Origin: a virus
Taxonomy: Duplodnaviria; Caudoviricetes
Length of the DNA: 64,000 nucleotides
IMG/VR virus record: IMGVR_UViG_3300037424_001220
Location: 3,109 to 67,108 of that record
Strand: one strand, 5' to 3'
In this document: piece after piece, positions 37,870 through 47,935 of the stretch
How positions within the stretch are numbered: position 1 is the first letter of the stretch
Layout of the letters: each line of letters begins with the position of its first letter
Made by a program: the position numbers and the translations under genes
The notes under the pieces: model-generated
What the model saw: only the letters and a program-made list of their open reading frames with translations
What the model was told of the DNA's origin: nothing
Database searches by the model: none

Positions 37870-39299
37870 GCGCTGACTCCTTCGGTCTTCAGAACCTGCC
37901 ACGTCCCAGTATCATGGACCATGGCGTGATCGCAACGCTTCGTGCCTTGGCATCCGACCTTGCCTCGCGCGCGAGCTTCGCGTCCAAGGCTGGGCTGACC
38001 TTCGGTGGCAAGCGCGACATCTACTCAGCGCTGGGCTATCCTAGCACTCTGACTCCGAAGGACTACCGGGACCGTTACCGGCGGGGAGACATCGCGGCCC
38101 GCATCGTCGAGGCCTTCCCCAAGGCAACGTGGCGCGAGGGCGCTGAGCTGATCGAGGACGAGGATCCGGAGCTCGAGACGGACTTCGAGCAGACCTGGGA
38201 GGAGTTGAACAAGCGCCTCAACATCTGGAACATGCTCAGCCGCGCGGACATCCTCGCGGGACTGGGTCGTTACGCCACGCTCCTCATCGGCGCTCGTGGT
38301 GAGGTGGACACCCCGCTGCCGAAGCTCGGTGGTCCCGACGGCGTGCTCTACCTTGCGGTGTACGGCGAGGACGAAGCGGAGGTGGACACGTTGGTTGAGG
38401 CCACCGACGATCCGCGCTTCGGGCAACCGTTGACCTACAAGATCAAGCGTCAGGGAACCCGCCGTCGGTCCATCGATCGCGTCGTTCACTGGACCCGGAT
38501 TCTACACGTGGCTTGCGACGTCCTCGACGAGCCGCTCTACGGGATGCCCCGTCTCGAGCGTGTGTGGAACCGGCTCGACGACCTCGAGAAGTGCTTGGGC
38601 GGTGGCAGTGAGGCGTTCTGGCTGCGCGTCCATCAGGGTACGCTGCTCAACGTCAACCCAGAGGTCAAGGTCGACAAGGCCGCGATCGACAAGCTCAAGG
38701 AGGAGGCCGAGGACTTCGTAAACGGCTTCAAGCGCTTTCTCACGCTTCGCGGTGTCGAGATGACCAACCTTGGCAGCGACGTCAGCAACTTCTCGCAACA
38801 GGTCACGTCACTGCTCAGCATCATCAGTGGTGCCACCGGTATCCCGCAGCGCATGCTCCTCGGCTCGGAGCGTGGTGAGCTAGCCAGCACGCAGGACAAG
38901 GAAAACTGGGACGATCGCGTTGCCGACCGACGCACCGAGTTCGCGGATCCTCTGGTGCGTCAGTTCGTGGATCGTCTCGTCGATGCTGGAGCGCTGCCGG
39001 AGCCCGAGGAGTACGAGGTGAGGTGGCCCGGCATCGAGGAGCTGAACACGAAGGAGAAGGCCGAGGTGGCGACCGCGTGGGCTGGTCTCAACTCGAAGGC
39101 GAAGGGTACCGTGGTTCTGCCCGAGGAGATCAGGGATCGCGTTCTCGGCCTGGAGAAGCTGACTCCCAAGCAGATCGCTGAAGCAGAGGCGTCCGCTAAG
39201 AAGAACACTCCGCCGCCCCCGGGTGTACCGAAGGACCCGAACGCGAATCCGAATGAGGATCCCAAGGACCCTGAAGCTCAGGTGGTGGTCGAGGACTGA
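37866..39299 (+). CDS. portal protein (DUF1073-like)
   Basis: Position; YRRGDIAARIVEAFP; ISGATGIPQRMLLG. Confidence 0.85.
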   Translation: MSADSFGLQNLPRPSIMDHGVIATLRALASDLASRASFASKAGLTFGGKRDIYSALGYPSTLTPKDYRDRYRRGDIAARIVEAFPKATWREGAELIEDEDPELETDFEQTWEELNKRLNIWNMLSRADILAGLGRYATLLIGARGEVDTPLPKLGGPDGVLYLAVYGEDEAEVDTLVEATDDPRFGQPLTYKIKRQGTRRRSIDRVVHWTRILHVACDVLDEPLYGMPRLERVWNRLDDLEKCLGGGSEAFWLRVHQGTLLNVNPEVKVDKAAIDKLKEEAEDFVNGFKRFLTLRGVEMTNLGSDVSNFSQQVTSLLSIISGATGIPQRMLLGSERGELASTQDKENWDDRVADRRTEFADPLVRQFVDRLVDAGALPEPEEYEVRWPGIEELNTKEKAEVATAWAGLNSKAKGTVVLPEEIRDRVLGLEKLTPKQIAEAEASAKKNTPPPPGVPKDPNANPNEDPKDPEAQVVVED

Positions 39300-39304
39300 G
39301 GTCC

Positions 39305-40282
39305 ATGAAGGCTTGGCAGGCCGTGCGGAAGGTGGCGGATGCCCACGAGTCGCGCTTTCGGCGCGTCGTCGAGGAAGCCGCGTCCGTAGGACAGGCCTCT
39401 CTGAACGCTGAGGCCGTGGCTGAGGGCTTCGAGCGCAACACGCCATCCATCGTGTCGGCGGCACTCCACGAGGCCGTCGGCGTCATGGGTACCGTGCTTG
39501 CGGTGGAGCTGATCCGTGAGTTGTCTTCTACGATGGAGGCCGCGGCCAAGACTGCGCTTCGTACGGCCAAGATCGCCGGCTCACTGCGTGCCGCACGGGA
39601 GGCTCCGATCGAGGGACTCTTCTTCGATCTGACAAACCCTGAAGCTGTGTTGTGGATTCAGCAGCACGGGGGAGACCTGATCGTCGGCATCACGAAGACT
39701 ACCCAGGCGGCCATCCAGCGCATTCTCATCCGCTCCTTCGAGGAGGGCATTCCGACGGGTGAGGCCGCTCGCATGATCCGGCCACTCATCGGACTGACTG
39801 ACGTTCATACGGATGCGGTGTTCAATCTGCGTCGAGCCATCCTTGGTTACAGGGACCGCGTTACGGGACGGATGGTGGGCGGCCCGGGCTCGAAGCTCTG
39901 GGCCGGGAAGACTCCGATCCGCGTACCAAGGGGCGGTGCCACGGCGGACTTCGTCGCGCGAAGGACGCAACAGTATGCGGCTCGTCTGCTGAACCTTCGC
40001 GCACGTATGATCGCTCGTACCGAGACCATGTCTGCTAGCAATGAGGGGCAACGGCAGCTCTGGCTTCAGGCACGTGAGCAGGGACTCATCGGAGCGGGAC
40101 AGACGAAGGAGTGGATCGTGACACCCGACGATCGGCTTTGTCAGATCTGTGCTCCGCTGAGTGGTGAGGTGCAGCTCGTGGACGAGGAGTTCTCCGTTGG
40201 GGTACTTTCGCCTCCGGCGCACGTCATGTGTCGCTGTGCCATGGGCCTCAGTGACAAACGGGCACCGCGGAAGGTTGCGTAG
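39305..40282 (+). CDS. head morphogenesis protein (Mu gpF / SPP1 gp7-like)
   Basis: RARMIARTET...KEW...DDRLCQIC...PPAHVMCRC. Confidence 0.9.
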   Translation: MKAWQAVRKVADAHESRFRRVVEEAASVGQASLNAEAVAEGFERNTPSIVSAALHEAVGVMGTVLAVELIRELSSTMEAAAKTALRTAKIAGSLRAAREAPIEGLFFDLTNPEAVLWIQQHGGDLIVGITKTTQAAIQRILIRSFEEGIPTGEAARMIRPLIGLTDVHTDAVFNLRRAILGYRDRVTGRMVGGPGSKLWAGKTPIRVPRGGATADFVARRTQQYAARLLNLRARMIARTETMSASNEGQRQLWLQAREQGLIGAGQTKEWIVTPDDRLCQICAPLSGEVQLVDEEFSVGVLSPPAHVMCRCAMGLSDKRAPRKVA

Positions 40283-40313
40283 AAGTTTGACCGGTAGAAA
40301 AGAGAGGGATGAC

Positions 40314-40760
40314 ATGGCACGAGGCAAGAAGAAGGCAGTCGTCGAGGAAGCTCCGGACGCGGCAGTCGAGCAGATCGAGACGCCGGAGTCCGTTCCCGAA
40401 GCACCGCCCGCGCAGGAGCCCGCGCAGGAGCCCGCGCAGGAGCCCGCGCAGGAGCCCGCTCCCGAGGCACCGCCGCCTCCGCCTCCTGTCGAGCAGCCCA
40501 AGCCGGAGCCGTCCGTGCACGTGGAGCGGCCTCCGTTGACTCTCCTCATCGCGGTTCCGGGTGTCACGCCTCCCTGGGAGCGCATCTACGCGAACAGTGA
40601 CAGCCCGGCGGACGAGCTCTGCCTGGGGTGCCACAAGTCCGGCGTGAAGGAGGGCGACATCATCGTGGTGCGCGAGACCAAGGGGTGGATGCACGAACCG
40701 TGCTTTCGGGCTTCACATCCTCAGTGGTACCCCGCTCCGCTGAAGCGGACGCGCGGCTGA
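40314..40760 (+). CDS. Pro/Glu-rich protein with a C-terminal Cys/His motif
   Basis: PAQE repeats; CLGC...HEPC. Confidence 0.55.
   Translation: MARGKKKAVVEEAPDAAVEQIETPESVPEAPPAQEPAQEPAQEPAQEPAPEAPPPPPPVEQPKPEPSVHVERPPLTLLIAVPGVTPPWERIYANSDSPADELCLGCHKSGVKEGDIIVVRETKGWMHEPCFRASHPQWYPAPLKRTRG
40407..40454 (+). repeat. 4 x 12-nt tandem repeat (CCCGCGCAGGAG, encoding PAQE)
   Basis: Four exact copies, in frame. Confidence 0.9.
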
Positions 40761-40771
40761 GGGACAACCAG

Positions 40772-42268
40772 ATGAAGCGCCACTTCTCGCTGCGTGGAGC
40801 GACGAGCGGGCCGTTCCGCTTGGAAACTCTCGAGGGTCGCGAGCATGTCGTCGTGCCCGTGGTCGCTCTCGTGGAGGGTGTCATCCACGCGTCGAATTCC
40901 GCAGCGCCTGAACTCGTTCTTGCCGAGGAGTTCAGCAGGACGATGATGTCGTGGAACGACCGGCCGGTGATGTTCAACCATCCGGTCGTCAACGGAGAGA
41001 CCGTCTCCGCAAACGACCCCATCGTGCTTGAGAAGTGGCGCATCGGCCGGGTGTTTCACACGGGCATCCAGGATAAGAAGTTGCTCATGGAGGCATGGCT
41101 CGATCCGAACCGTGCCGCCGTTGTGGACAGCAAGGCGGTCAAGCTCCTCGATGACGTTCGCGCTGGGAAGGTCGTTGAGGTGTCCGTTGGCGTGTTCGTC
41201 GCGTCCGAGGAGCGGATCGGCGAGTTCAACGGCCAGAGGTACGCGGGCATCTGGCGTGACATCATCGCTGATCATCTCGCCATGCTCGAGGAGGGCGCTA
41301 TCGGCGCTTGCAGCGTCGAGATGGGATGCGGTGCGCCGCGAGCAGCGGCGAAGAAGGAGGACGACACGATGACGTTGAAGGAGAAGTTCCTCGCGATGAT
41401 GGAGAAGTTCAAGTCTGCCCAGGAGGGGATGGCCGACTCCGACGTCCGAGGAGCTCTCGACCGTGCCCTCTTTGCCACCGAGCCCGCGTATCTCGGGCTG
41501 GTGGAGGTGTTCCCGGAGGACAAGCTCGTCATCTACGCCGTCGCTCCTGACGGTCAGGAGAAGTTCCTGGAACGGTCCTTCGAGATCGCCAGTGACCAGT
41601 CGGTCACCTTCGGTAGTGAAGTCACCGAGGTGAAGATGGTCACCAAGTTCGAGCCCGTAACCGCTTCGGCCGCTTCTTGTGGATGCGGCGGCCAGACGAA
41701 GCTCAATCCCGCATCCGCAGAAACGAAGGAGACCGACATGGAACGCAAGAAGGTCATCGAGGCGCTCGTCGCGAGCAAGAAGCAGTGCTTCAGCGCCGAG
41801 CAGCTCGAGAAGTTCGACGATGCTGCGCTCGCCACCCTGGAGGCCCACGTCAAGGCGGCGACGGAGACCACGCCTCCTCCGGCGGTGACTCCGCCGGCGA
41901 CGCCGGTGGTGGAGGAGAAGAAGGAGCCGGCGAAGGACGAGCCGCTCACCGAGGAGAAGGTGCTCGCGGCCTTCCCCCGTCTGAAGCAGATCGTCGAGGC
42001 TTCGGAGACGCGTGCCGCTGCGCAGAAGAAGGCGCTCGTCACGCGGCTGAAGGATGCGGCCAAGGGCTTCTCCGAGCCCGAGCTGACGGCCATGTCCATC
42101 GAGACGCTGGAGAAGATGGCGAAGTCCTTCGACGTGAAGGCTCCCGTCGACTTCAGCCTCAACGCCCCCGAGCCGCGTGCGGCGTCGGACGGTGACGAGA
42201 CGGTGCCGGATCCCCCCAGCATGCGGGACGCCATCCTGGCGTCGCGAGTGGCGAGGAAGGGCAACTAG
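40772..42268 (+). CDS. head maturation protease/scaffold (DUF2213-like)
   Basis: VALVEGV, PVMFNHP, VEVSVG, DHLAML..GACS...GCG; coiled scaffold C-terminus. Confidence 0.8.
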   Translation: MKRHFSLRGATSGPFRLETLEGREHVVVPVVALVEGVIHASNSAAPELVLAEEFSRTMMSWNDRPVMFNHPVVNGETVSANDPIVLEKWRIGRVFHTGIQDKKLLMEAWLDPNRAAVVDSKAVKLLDDVRAGKVVEVSVGVFVASEERIGEFNGQRYAGIWRDIIADHLAMLEEGAIGACSVEMGCGAPRAAAKKEDDTMTLKEKFLAMMEKFKSAQEGMADSDVRGALDRALFATEPAYLGLVEVFPEDKLVIYAVAPDGQEKFLERSFEIASDQSVTFGSEVTEVKMVTKFEPVTASAASCGCGGQTKLNPASAETKETDMERKKVIEALVASKKQCFSAEQLEKFDDAALATLEAHVKAATETTPPPAVTPPATPVVEEKKEPAKDEPLTEEKVLAAFPRLKQIVEASETRAAAQKKALVTRLKDAAKGFSEPELTAMSIETLEKMAKSFDVKAPVDFSLNAPEPRAASDGDETVPDPPSMRDAILASRVARKGN

Positions 42269-42341
42269 CCCGGCTCTCGTCTCCGACTGAGAACCCTGGT
42301 CCCCATCTGGGGGCCGTTTGAGAAGAGAAGGAGAACACAAG

Positions 42342-42776
42342 ATGGCACGCAACGTCATCGCCCTGATGGGCACTCCCGTGATCAACGAGGAGCCGAGCGC
42401 GATCGAGGCGCTCATCCCCGGACACCTCGTCGAGCTGACTTCGACGGGCGGCGTCCAGAAGTGCACCGACGATGCCGCCAACGTCGCGCCCTCGTTCGTC
42501 CTCGAGCGCGACGAGCTGGGAACCGGCATCGACACCGCATACGCGATCGGCGACAAGGTCAAGGTCGGCACCTTCAAGCCCGGCGACCGCGTCTACGCGT
42601 TCCTGGCCTCGGGCCAGAACGTGGCCATCGGTGCGTATCTCACGAGCAACGCTACCGGTCTGCTCACGGCCGCGTCCGTCGCCGCCGGCGTCCGTTGTGC
42701 CCGGGCGCTCGAAGCCGTCAACACCTCGGGTTCGGCCCCCGTCGCGGGTACCCGCATCCGCGTCGAGATCGTCTAG
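42342..42776 (+). CDS. head decoration/cement protein
   Basis: Position before the major capsid gene; Ala/Gly-rich beta protein. Confidence 0.7.
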   Translation: MARNVIALMGTPVINEEPSAIEALIPGHLVELTSTGGVQKCTDDAANVAPSFVLERDELGTGIDTAYAIGDKVKVGTFKPGDRVYAFLASGQNVAIGAYLTSNATGLLTAASVAAGVRCARALEAVNTSGSAPVAGTRIRVEIV

Positions 42777-42824
42777 TCGCACCGTCGATCGCGATCCAGT
42801 AAACCAAAGGTTCCAAGGAGGACC

Positions 42825-43895
42825 ATGATGAACACGAACAACGGTGCGGCCGTCCACGACGGACGCGCTTTCATGAGCGGCGCAGGTCGCTGGGCGGGCG
42901 AGCGTCTGATGAAGGCGCTCCGTGAGGGTCGGCCGATCTCGGCCAAGGAGCTCCGCACGCTCGACGTGCTCCGCAAGGACGAGTGGAAGGTCTACGATCA
43001 GGCCCTCATCGAAGAGGGCCACATGAGGCTCCGCGGCATCGCCGACCTGATCGCCGCCGGTCTCACCATCCCGGTTGCCAACGCACTCGGCAAGACGCTG
43101 ATCGAGTGGGAGAAGGTCTCCGACATGAACCCGGCGATCACCTCGCTGAGCGGCATCGACCGTTCCGAGGACGACCGACTGGAGTTCGTGCTGGACTCCA
43201 TGCCCCTGCCGATCACGCACAAGGACTTCAACCTCAACCTTCGCACGCTCGCCGCGTCGCGGGAGCGGGGCGAGCCCCTCGACACCACGCAGGCTCGCGT
43301 TGCCGGCCGTCTCGTCTCCGAGCAGCTCGAGTCCATCCTGTTCGCGGGCGGGCCGACCTTCGGTGGGAAGCCCATCTACGGCTACCTCACGCATCCCGAT
43401 CGCAACGTCGTGGACTTCACGGACAACCTCGCGTGGACCCACGCGAGCAAGACCGGGGCCACGATCCTCGCGGACGTCACCAAGATGAAGGTCGCCGCGC
43501 AGACGGACCGCTTCTTCGGGCCGTACCGGCTCTACGTTCCGGCTGGGTACGACTCCGTTCTCGACCAGGACTTCAAGGCCGAGAGCGATCTCACCATCCG
43601 GCAGCGCATCCTTCAGCTCGACGGCATCCAGAGCATCACCGTCGCGGATCAGCTCACGGCCGACAACGTGGCTCTCGTCCAGATGACCCAGGACGTGGTC
43701 ACCCTGGTCGATGGCTCGGGTCTCCAGACGGTGCAGTGGGACATCGAGGGGGGCTTCCAGATCAAGTTCAAGGCGTTCGCCATCCAGACGCCGCTCATCC
43801 GGTCCACCTCCAAGGTCAAGACGGTCACCACGTACTCCGTCGGCGGCTCCGCAACCACGAAGCAGTGCGGCGTCGTCCACTTGTCGCAGCTCTAG
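42825..43895 (+). CDS. major capsid protein (HK97 fold, encapsulin/Linocin M18-like branch)
   Basis: Size and position; strong GGAGG site and codon bias; PLPITHKDFNLNLRTLAASR; GPYRLYVP. Confidence 0.85.
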   Translation: MMNTNNGAAVHDGRAFMSGAGRWAGERLMKALREGRPISAKELRTLDVLRKDEWKVYDQALIEEGHMRLRGIADLIAAGLTIPVANALGKTLIEWEKVSDMNPAITSLSGIDRSEDDRLEFVLDSMPLPITHKDFNLNLRTLAASRERGEPLDTTQARVAGRLVSEQLESILFAGGPTFGGKPIYGYLTHPDRNVVDFTDNLAWTHASKTGATILADVTKMKVAAQTDRFFGPYRLYVPAGYDSVLDQDFKAESDLTIRQRILQLDGIQSITVADQLTADNVALVQMTQDVVTLVDGSGLQTVQWDIEGGFQIKFKAFAIQTPLIRSTSKVKTVTTYSVGGSATTKQCGVVHLSQL

Positions 43896-44022
43896 GCCGC
43901 TTCGGGCGGCCGACTGAGGCGTCCCTCAGCTAGTCGCCCGGGGCACGGACGCATCGATCGAAGGAGTGATCGGTGGCCCCGGGGTTTCGTCGTAGACGTA
44001 AGGGAAGGAGAGGACTCCACTA

Positions 44023-45537
44023 ATGGCCGCGCCGACCTTCGTCCAGGAAGCCGAGACGACCTGGACGTCCGCTACCTCGAAGGCGACGGGGACGTTCTCA
44101 GTTCTCGCTGGGGACATCCTCGTCGCCGTCATGGTGGTCGAAGATGCGTCTCCACCGACGGTCAACGCACCGACGGGTGGCTCGCTCACGTGGGAACCAA
44201 AGCAGCTCTCTGACGTGTCGAGTAGCTGCCCGGTCGGCATCTGGACGGCGGTCGTTGACACGAACAAGTCGATGGCAGTGACGTTCTCGCTTCAGGGATC
44301 CGCTCACTACTTCGGCGGCAACGTGTTCACGTTCCGCAATTCCGACGGTGTGGGAGCGTCGAACAAGGCGCAGACTACAGGCGCGCCGTCGGTGAACGTG
44401 ACGACGACGCAACCGAATAGCGCAATCGTCGTCGTCAATGGAGACTGGGACGCTGATGATGGAGCCTCGAGAACGTGGCGCACCGCTGATGCTGGCGCGC
44501 TGACGGAGCAAAGCTACAACCGAGTCATTGGCAACTACACGATCTACATTGGGTATCACGCCGACGCTGGTGCTGTGGGCGCGAAGGCGGTAGGGCTGTC
44601 AGCCCCATCCGCGCAGACCTACACTGTTGCGGCGGTCGAGGTCAAGGGAACGGCCGGAGGAGCGGTATCCGGCTCCTTGAGCTCTACTCTTGCGGCTCTT
44701 ACGGCTTCAGGCACGGGAACCGTCGCGGTGAGCGGTGTAACTACTGCGACGTTGGGTGCTCTTGCTGTCGCGGCCTTGGGGACCGTTGCGGTTCAGGGAT
44801 CGGTAGCAACGCAGCTTGCCAATGTCACGGTCTCCACATCGGCAGCGGTCGCCGTCCAGGGGACCGCGAGTTCGACGCTCAATGTTGCGACCGTAACAGC
44901 CTCGGGCACCGTGGGAAGCACCCCGATAGAGGGTGTGCTGGCACAGACGCTCGCTGTGGCCTCGGTCTCAGCGGCCGGTGCGGTGGCTGTTACCGGAGCC
45001 GTGGTAACAACGCTCGGTGCGCTAGCCGCAACTGGATCCGGTGTGGTGCCCGTTACCGGAGCGACGGCGACAACGCTCGGTGCTCTGACCGCGACTGGAT
45101 CGGGTCAGGTCCCGGCCGTTGCCGTTCTCAGTCTTACGCTTGGGTCGCTTTCGGTCGAGGCTGCCGGAGTGGTCGGGTCAATCCCGATCGTGGGAAATCT
45201 GAGTGCTACCCTCGGGGCCTTGACGGCAAGCTCGACCGGAGTGGTGAGCGTCGCCGGAATGGCGAGCGTCGAACTTGGGGCGCTTGAGCTTGCGGCTGTC
45301 GGTCAGGCAACGGTGGCAGGGGACCTCTCAAGCTCGCTGGAGGTCTTGGCTGTTGCTGGTCAGGCGGACGTTCTCGTGCAGGGTCTCCTCGCGCAGACGC
45401 TCGCCGAGCTGACGTTGGAACCCATCGTCATCTGGCAACCTACGGAGCGCCCGGGTACCTCGCACTACGCGACACAGATCAGTGGACCTACGAGCACCGT
45501 CCTTGTGGGTTCGAAGAACATGACGGCGATGGCATAG
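44023..45537 (+). CDS. virion-associated protein with a long Ala/Thr/Ser/Val/Gly repeat region
   Basis: N-terminal beta domain followed by about 20-aa repeats of the form G.L..TL.AL.A.A.G.V. Confidence 0.65.
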   Translation: MAAPTFVQEAETTWTSATSKATGTFSVLAGDILVAVMVVEDASPPTVNAPTGGSLTWEPKQLSDVSSSCPVGIWTAVVDTNKSMAVTFSLQGSAHYFGGNVFTFRNSDGVGASNKAQTTGAPSVNVTTTQPNSAIVVVNGDWDADDGASRTWRTADAGALTEQSYNRVIGNYTIYIGYHADAGAVGAKAVGLSAPSAQTYTVAAVEVKGTAGGAVSGSLSSTLAALTASGTGTVAVSGVTTATLGALAVAALGTVAVQGSVATQLANVTVSTSAAVAVQGTASSTLNVATVTASGTVGSTPIEGVLAQTLAVASVSAAGAVAVTGAVVTTLGALAATGSGVVPVTGATATTLGALTATGSGQVPAVAVLSLTLGSLSVEAAGVVGSIPIVGNLSATLGALTASSTGVVSVAGMASVELGALELAAVGQATVAGDLSSSLEVLAVAGQADVLVQGLLAQTLAELTLEPIVIWQPTERPGTSHYATQISGPTSTVLVGSKNMTAMA

Positions 45538-45550
45538 GGGAGATCGACCC

Positions 45551-45952
45551 ATGGCGATTCAGCTTTCGGAAGCCGTTCGTAACGCAAGACTCGACGCGAT
45601 CGAGACGGCCATCGGAGTGAGCGCCGTGCTCAAGATCCGCTCTGGCGCGGCTCCGGCCAACGTCGCCGCAGCGGACAGTGGCACCGTGCTCGCGACGCTG
45701 AACCTCCCCTCTGACTGGATGGCCGCCGCTGCCACGGGCGCGAAGGCGAAGGCAGGCACGTGGCAGGACGCCACCGCGGACGCCACGGGTACGGCGGCCC
45801 ACTTCCGCATCTACGCAACCGATGGGACGACGGCTCACATCCAGGGCACCGTGGGCCAGGGCACCGGGGATCTCTCGCTCGACAACACGTCCATCGTGGC
45901 CGGGCAGAGCGTGACGATCACGGGCTTCACCCTGACCGACGGCAACGCCTAA
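45551..45952 (+). CDS. virion structural protein
   Basis: RNARLDAI...GTAAHFRI...GTGDLSLDNTSIVAGQSV, a common phage structural pattern. Confidence 0.7.
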   Translation: MAIQLSEAVRNARLDAIETAIGVSAVLKIRSGAAPANVAAADSGTVLATLNLPSDWMAAAATGAKAKAGTWQDATADATGTAAHFRIYATDGTTAHIQGTVGQGTGDLSLDNTSIVAGQSVTITGFTLTDGNA

Positions 45953-45963
45953 GGAACGCGCAC

Positions 45964-46305
45964 GTGAGCGTGTTCTACCTGAAGCGTGGCGATACCCGTC
46001 CGGTGATGGAGGTTAACCTCCTTGATCCGGACGGGACTGCCCACGATCTGACCGGCTCCACAACCTACAAACTTCACGTCAAGATCAGGGGTGTTGCTTT
46101 CACTCGCGATATGGTGCCTGACGCTGATCCGGCGTTGGGTATCCTTCGCTACACGTGGCTCGACACGGATTGGACGACCGGGACTCCCGTGCTGGCGCGA
46201 GGTACATACAGCATGGAGTACGAGGTCGTTGGTCCTGGGGGCGCTCGGATGACTTGGCCCAACAACGGCTACGATCAGTTGGTCGTGACCGCTGACATCG
46301 GTTAG
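45964..46305 (+). CDS. BppU N-terminal-like Ig-fold protein
   Basis: FYLKRGDTRP...HDLTG...GILRYTW..D...GTY.MEYEV. Confidence 0.65.
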   Translation: MSVFYLKRGDTRPVMEVNLLDPDGTAHDLTGSTTYKLHVKIRGVAFTRDMVPDADPALGILRYTWLDTDWTTGTPVLARGTYSMEYEVVGPGGARMTWPNNGYDQLVVTADIG

Positions 46306-46319
46306 AGGACGGTGTAATC

Positions 46320-46862
46320 ATGCCCTTGACTCTTGTGGCCACTCCGGGTTCGGCGACCGCCAACTCGTACGCGACTGTTGAAGAGGCGGATACCTATCAT
46401 GAGGGTCGTCTCTTCTCGTCGTGGGCTGATGCGGACCCGGATGTAAAGATCTCGGCTCTGGTGATGGCTGCCCGTTTGCTCGATGCAACACCTGGAGCCT
46501 GGACTGGAGCTCCGACGGACGCGGTTCAGGCTCTGGGCTGGCCGCGCATCGGCATGCTCAGCCGCAATGGTTTCGCTCTGCTCGAGACGGAGATCCCTGT
46601 GGATCTGAAGAACGCTCAGGCGGAGTACGCGGATCAATTGATTGCGTCGAACATCACGGCAACGAACGATGCTGTTGCCCAGGGCATCAGTCGGGTCAAG
46701 GCTGGCCCAGTCGAAGTCACGTTCAAGGAGGGGCTCACGCAGGAGACCGCGATGGCCGCAATGTTGCCGGATGCGGTTCGTCTCTTGCTGGTGCCTTCAT
46801 GGCTGATCGATCCTAGGGAAGCGGAGTCCGCCTTCAGCGGTCTCGTCTTCGAAAGTCTCTAG
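46320..46862 (+). CDS. head-tail adaptor (DnaT-like family)
   Basis: ANSYATVEEADTYH...QALGWPR...LKNAQAEYA. Confidence 0.8.
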   Translation: MPLTLVATPGSATANSYATVEEADTYHEGRLFSSWADADPDVKISALVMAARLLDATPGAWTGAPTDAVQALGWPRIGMLSRNGFALLETEIPVDLKNAQAEYADQLIASNITATNDAVAQGISRVKAGPVEVTFKEGLTQETAMAAMLPDAVRLLLVPSWLIDPREAESAFSGLVFESL

Positions 46863-47285
46863 ATGGCACTTGTTGACATCATCCGGAACGCGGTTCATAC
46901 CGCGGACTTGGTCACCAAGTCCGTCCAGGAACCTGTGAGCTTCGAGGCTTGGACCGGACAGACCCCTCTCGGTGCTGCAACCTATGCTCCCGTGTTGCTG
47001 CCGAAGCCGAAGGCACTCGTTGAGCACAAGGCACATCTTCGTAAGCTGTCCGATGGCCGCTTCGTTGAGGTGAAGACGAAGCTGACGTTCCTTGAGGTGA
47101 TCGCAAATACTACGCCGCTCAGTCCGCTTTCTCCCCGTGACAATCCGGTTGATCCTCGGGACAAGTTCACCACGGCAAACGGCGTGACGGGACCGATCGT
47201 TGATGTTACGGGGATGCAGGATGCCGGCAAGGGACGTCCTTTCCTCCTCGAGGTCTTTCTCGGTGGCACCAGCGGCACTCGATGA
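46863..47285 (+). CDS. head closure protein (putative)
   Basis: Position and size after the adaptor gene. Confidence 0.6.
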   Translation: MALVDIIRNAVHTADLVTKSVQEPVSFEAWTGQTPLGAATYAPVLLPKPKALVEHKAHLRKLSDGRFVEVKTKLTFLEVIANTTPLSPLSPRDNPVDPRDKFTTANGVTGPIVDVTGMQDAGKGRPFLLEVFLGGTSGTR

Positions 47286-47935
47286 AACTCTCCATCCTCT
47301 GCGTAACCCGGGCTCAGCGTCGCATTCTACCTTTAGTGGAACGGATGCTGGACTTGTCGTTTCGCAACGTGGAATGGGAGTGTGTGCTCGCGGCTGACGG
47401 GAAGGATGCGTTTGTTGAACTGGAGTACCTGAGTCATTTCGCTCGGGTCATTCAGGTGGAGTCCGCTGGCTACGTCGAGAGCGTCTTGGACGAGGCGATC
47501 GGAGCCTGTCGAGGGGAGTACGTTCTTCGGCTCGACGATGATGAGAGTGTTAGTCCAACGATGGTGCGGTGGTTGGACCGTTCGGCCTTCATCGCGGAGC
47601 CCCACTGGTGCTTCTCTCGTGCTTGGTTGTGGCAAGACCCTGGGCACTTTCTCCGCATGGAGCCCTTCTGGCCCGATTACCAAACGCGTCTCAGTCTTAA
47701 GTCTTGGTCCGGGGGTCGCAGTCTTGTTCACCAGGGCAGTCCTCACGGCTTGGGGCATGTGGCTCCTGCGGCCATCGAGCACCACAAACTGTTGCTCTGG
47801 TCCTACAGAGAGCGTTTGGAGCACGTAGCCCATTACGATCGATTGAGCTCAGGGGCTGGTCAGGCTTCTCGAGAATTCTATCTTCCGGAGGAGCTTCCGA
47901 GTCTGGTGATCAACTCCTGGGCGGTGATGCGATGA
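47282..47935 (+). CDS. glycosyltransferase family 2-like
   Basis: KLSILCVT, ADG, GEYVLRLDDDE, PDYQTRL. Confidence 0.8.
   Translation: MKLSILCVTRAQRRILPLVERMLDLSFRNVEWECVLAADGKDAFVELEYLSHFARVIQVESAGYVESVLDEAIGACRGEYVLRLDDDESVSPTMVRWLDRSAFIAEPHWCFSRAWLWQDPGHFLRMEPFWPDYQTRLSLKSWSGGRSLVHQGSPHGLGHVAPAAIEHHKLLLWSYRERLEHVAHYDRLSSGAGQASREFYLPEELPSLVINSWAVMR

Noticed and set aside
37866-39299. Possible anti-CBASS Acb1 label sometimes attached to DUF1073 proteins
   Set aside because: Position between TerL and gpF and size fit a portal; no 2H phosphoesterase HxT motifs were recognised
40721-43880. Long minus-strand ORFs (618 aa and 573 aa) and similar shadows such as 5398-6786 and 2221-3453
   Set aside because: Antisense shadows of strongly codon-biased real genes in GC-rich DNA; no motifs or RBS
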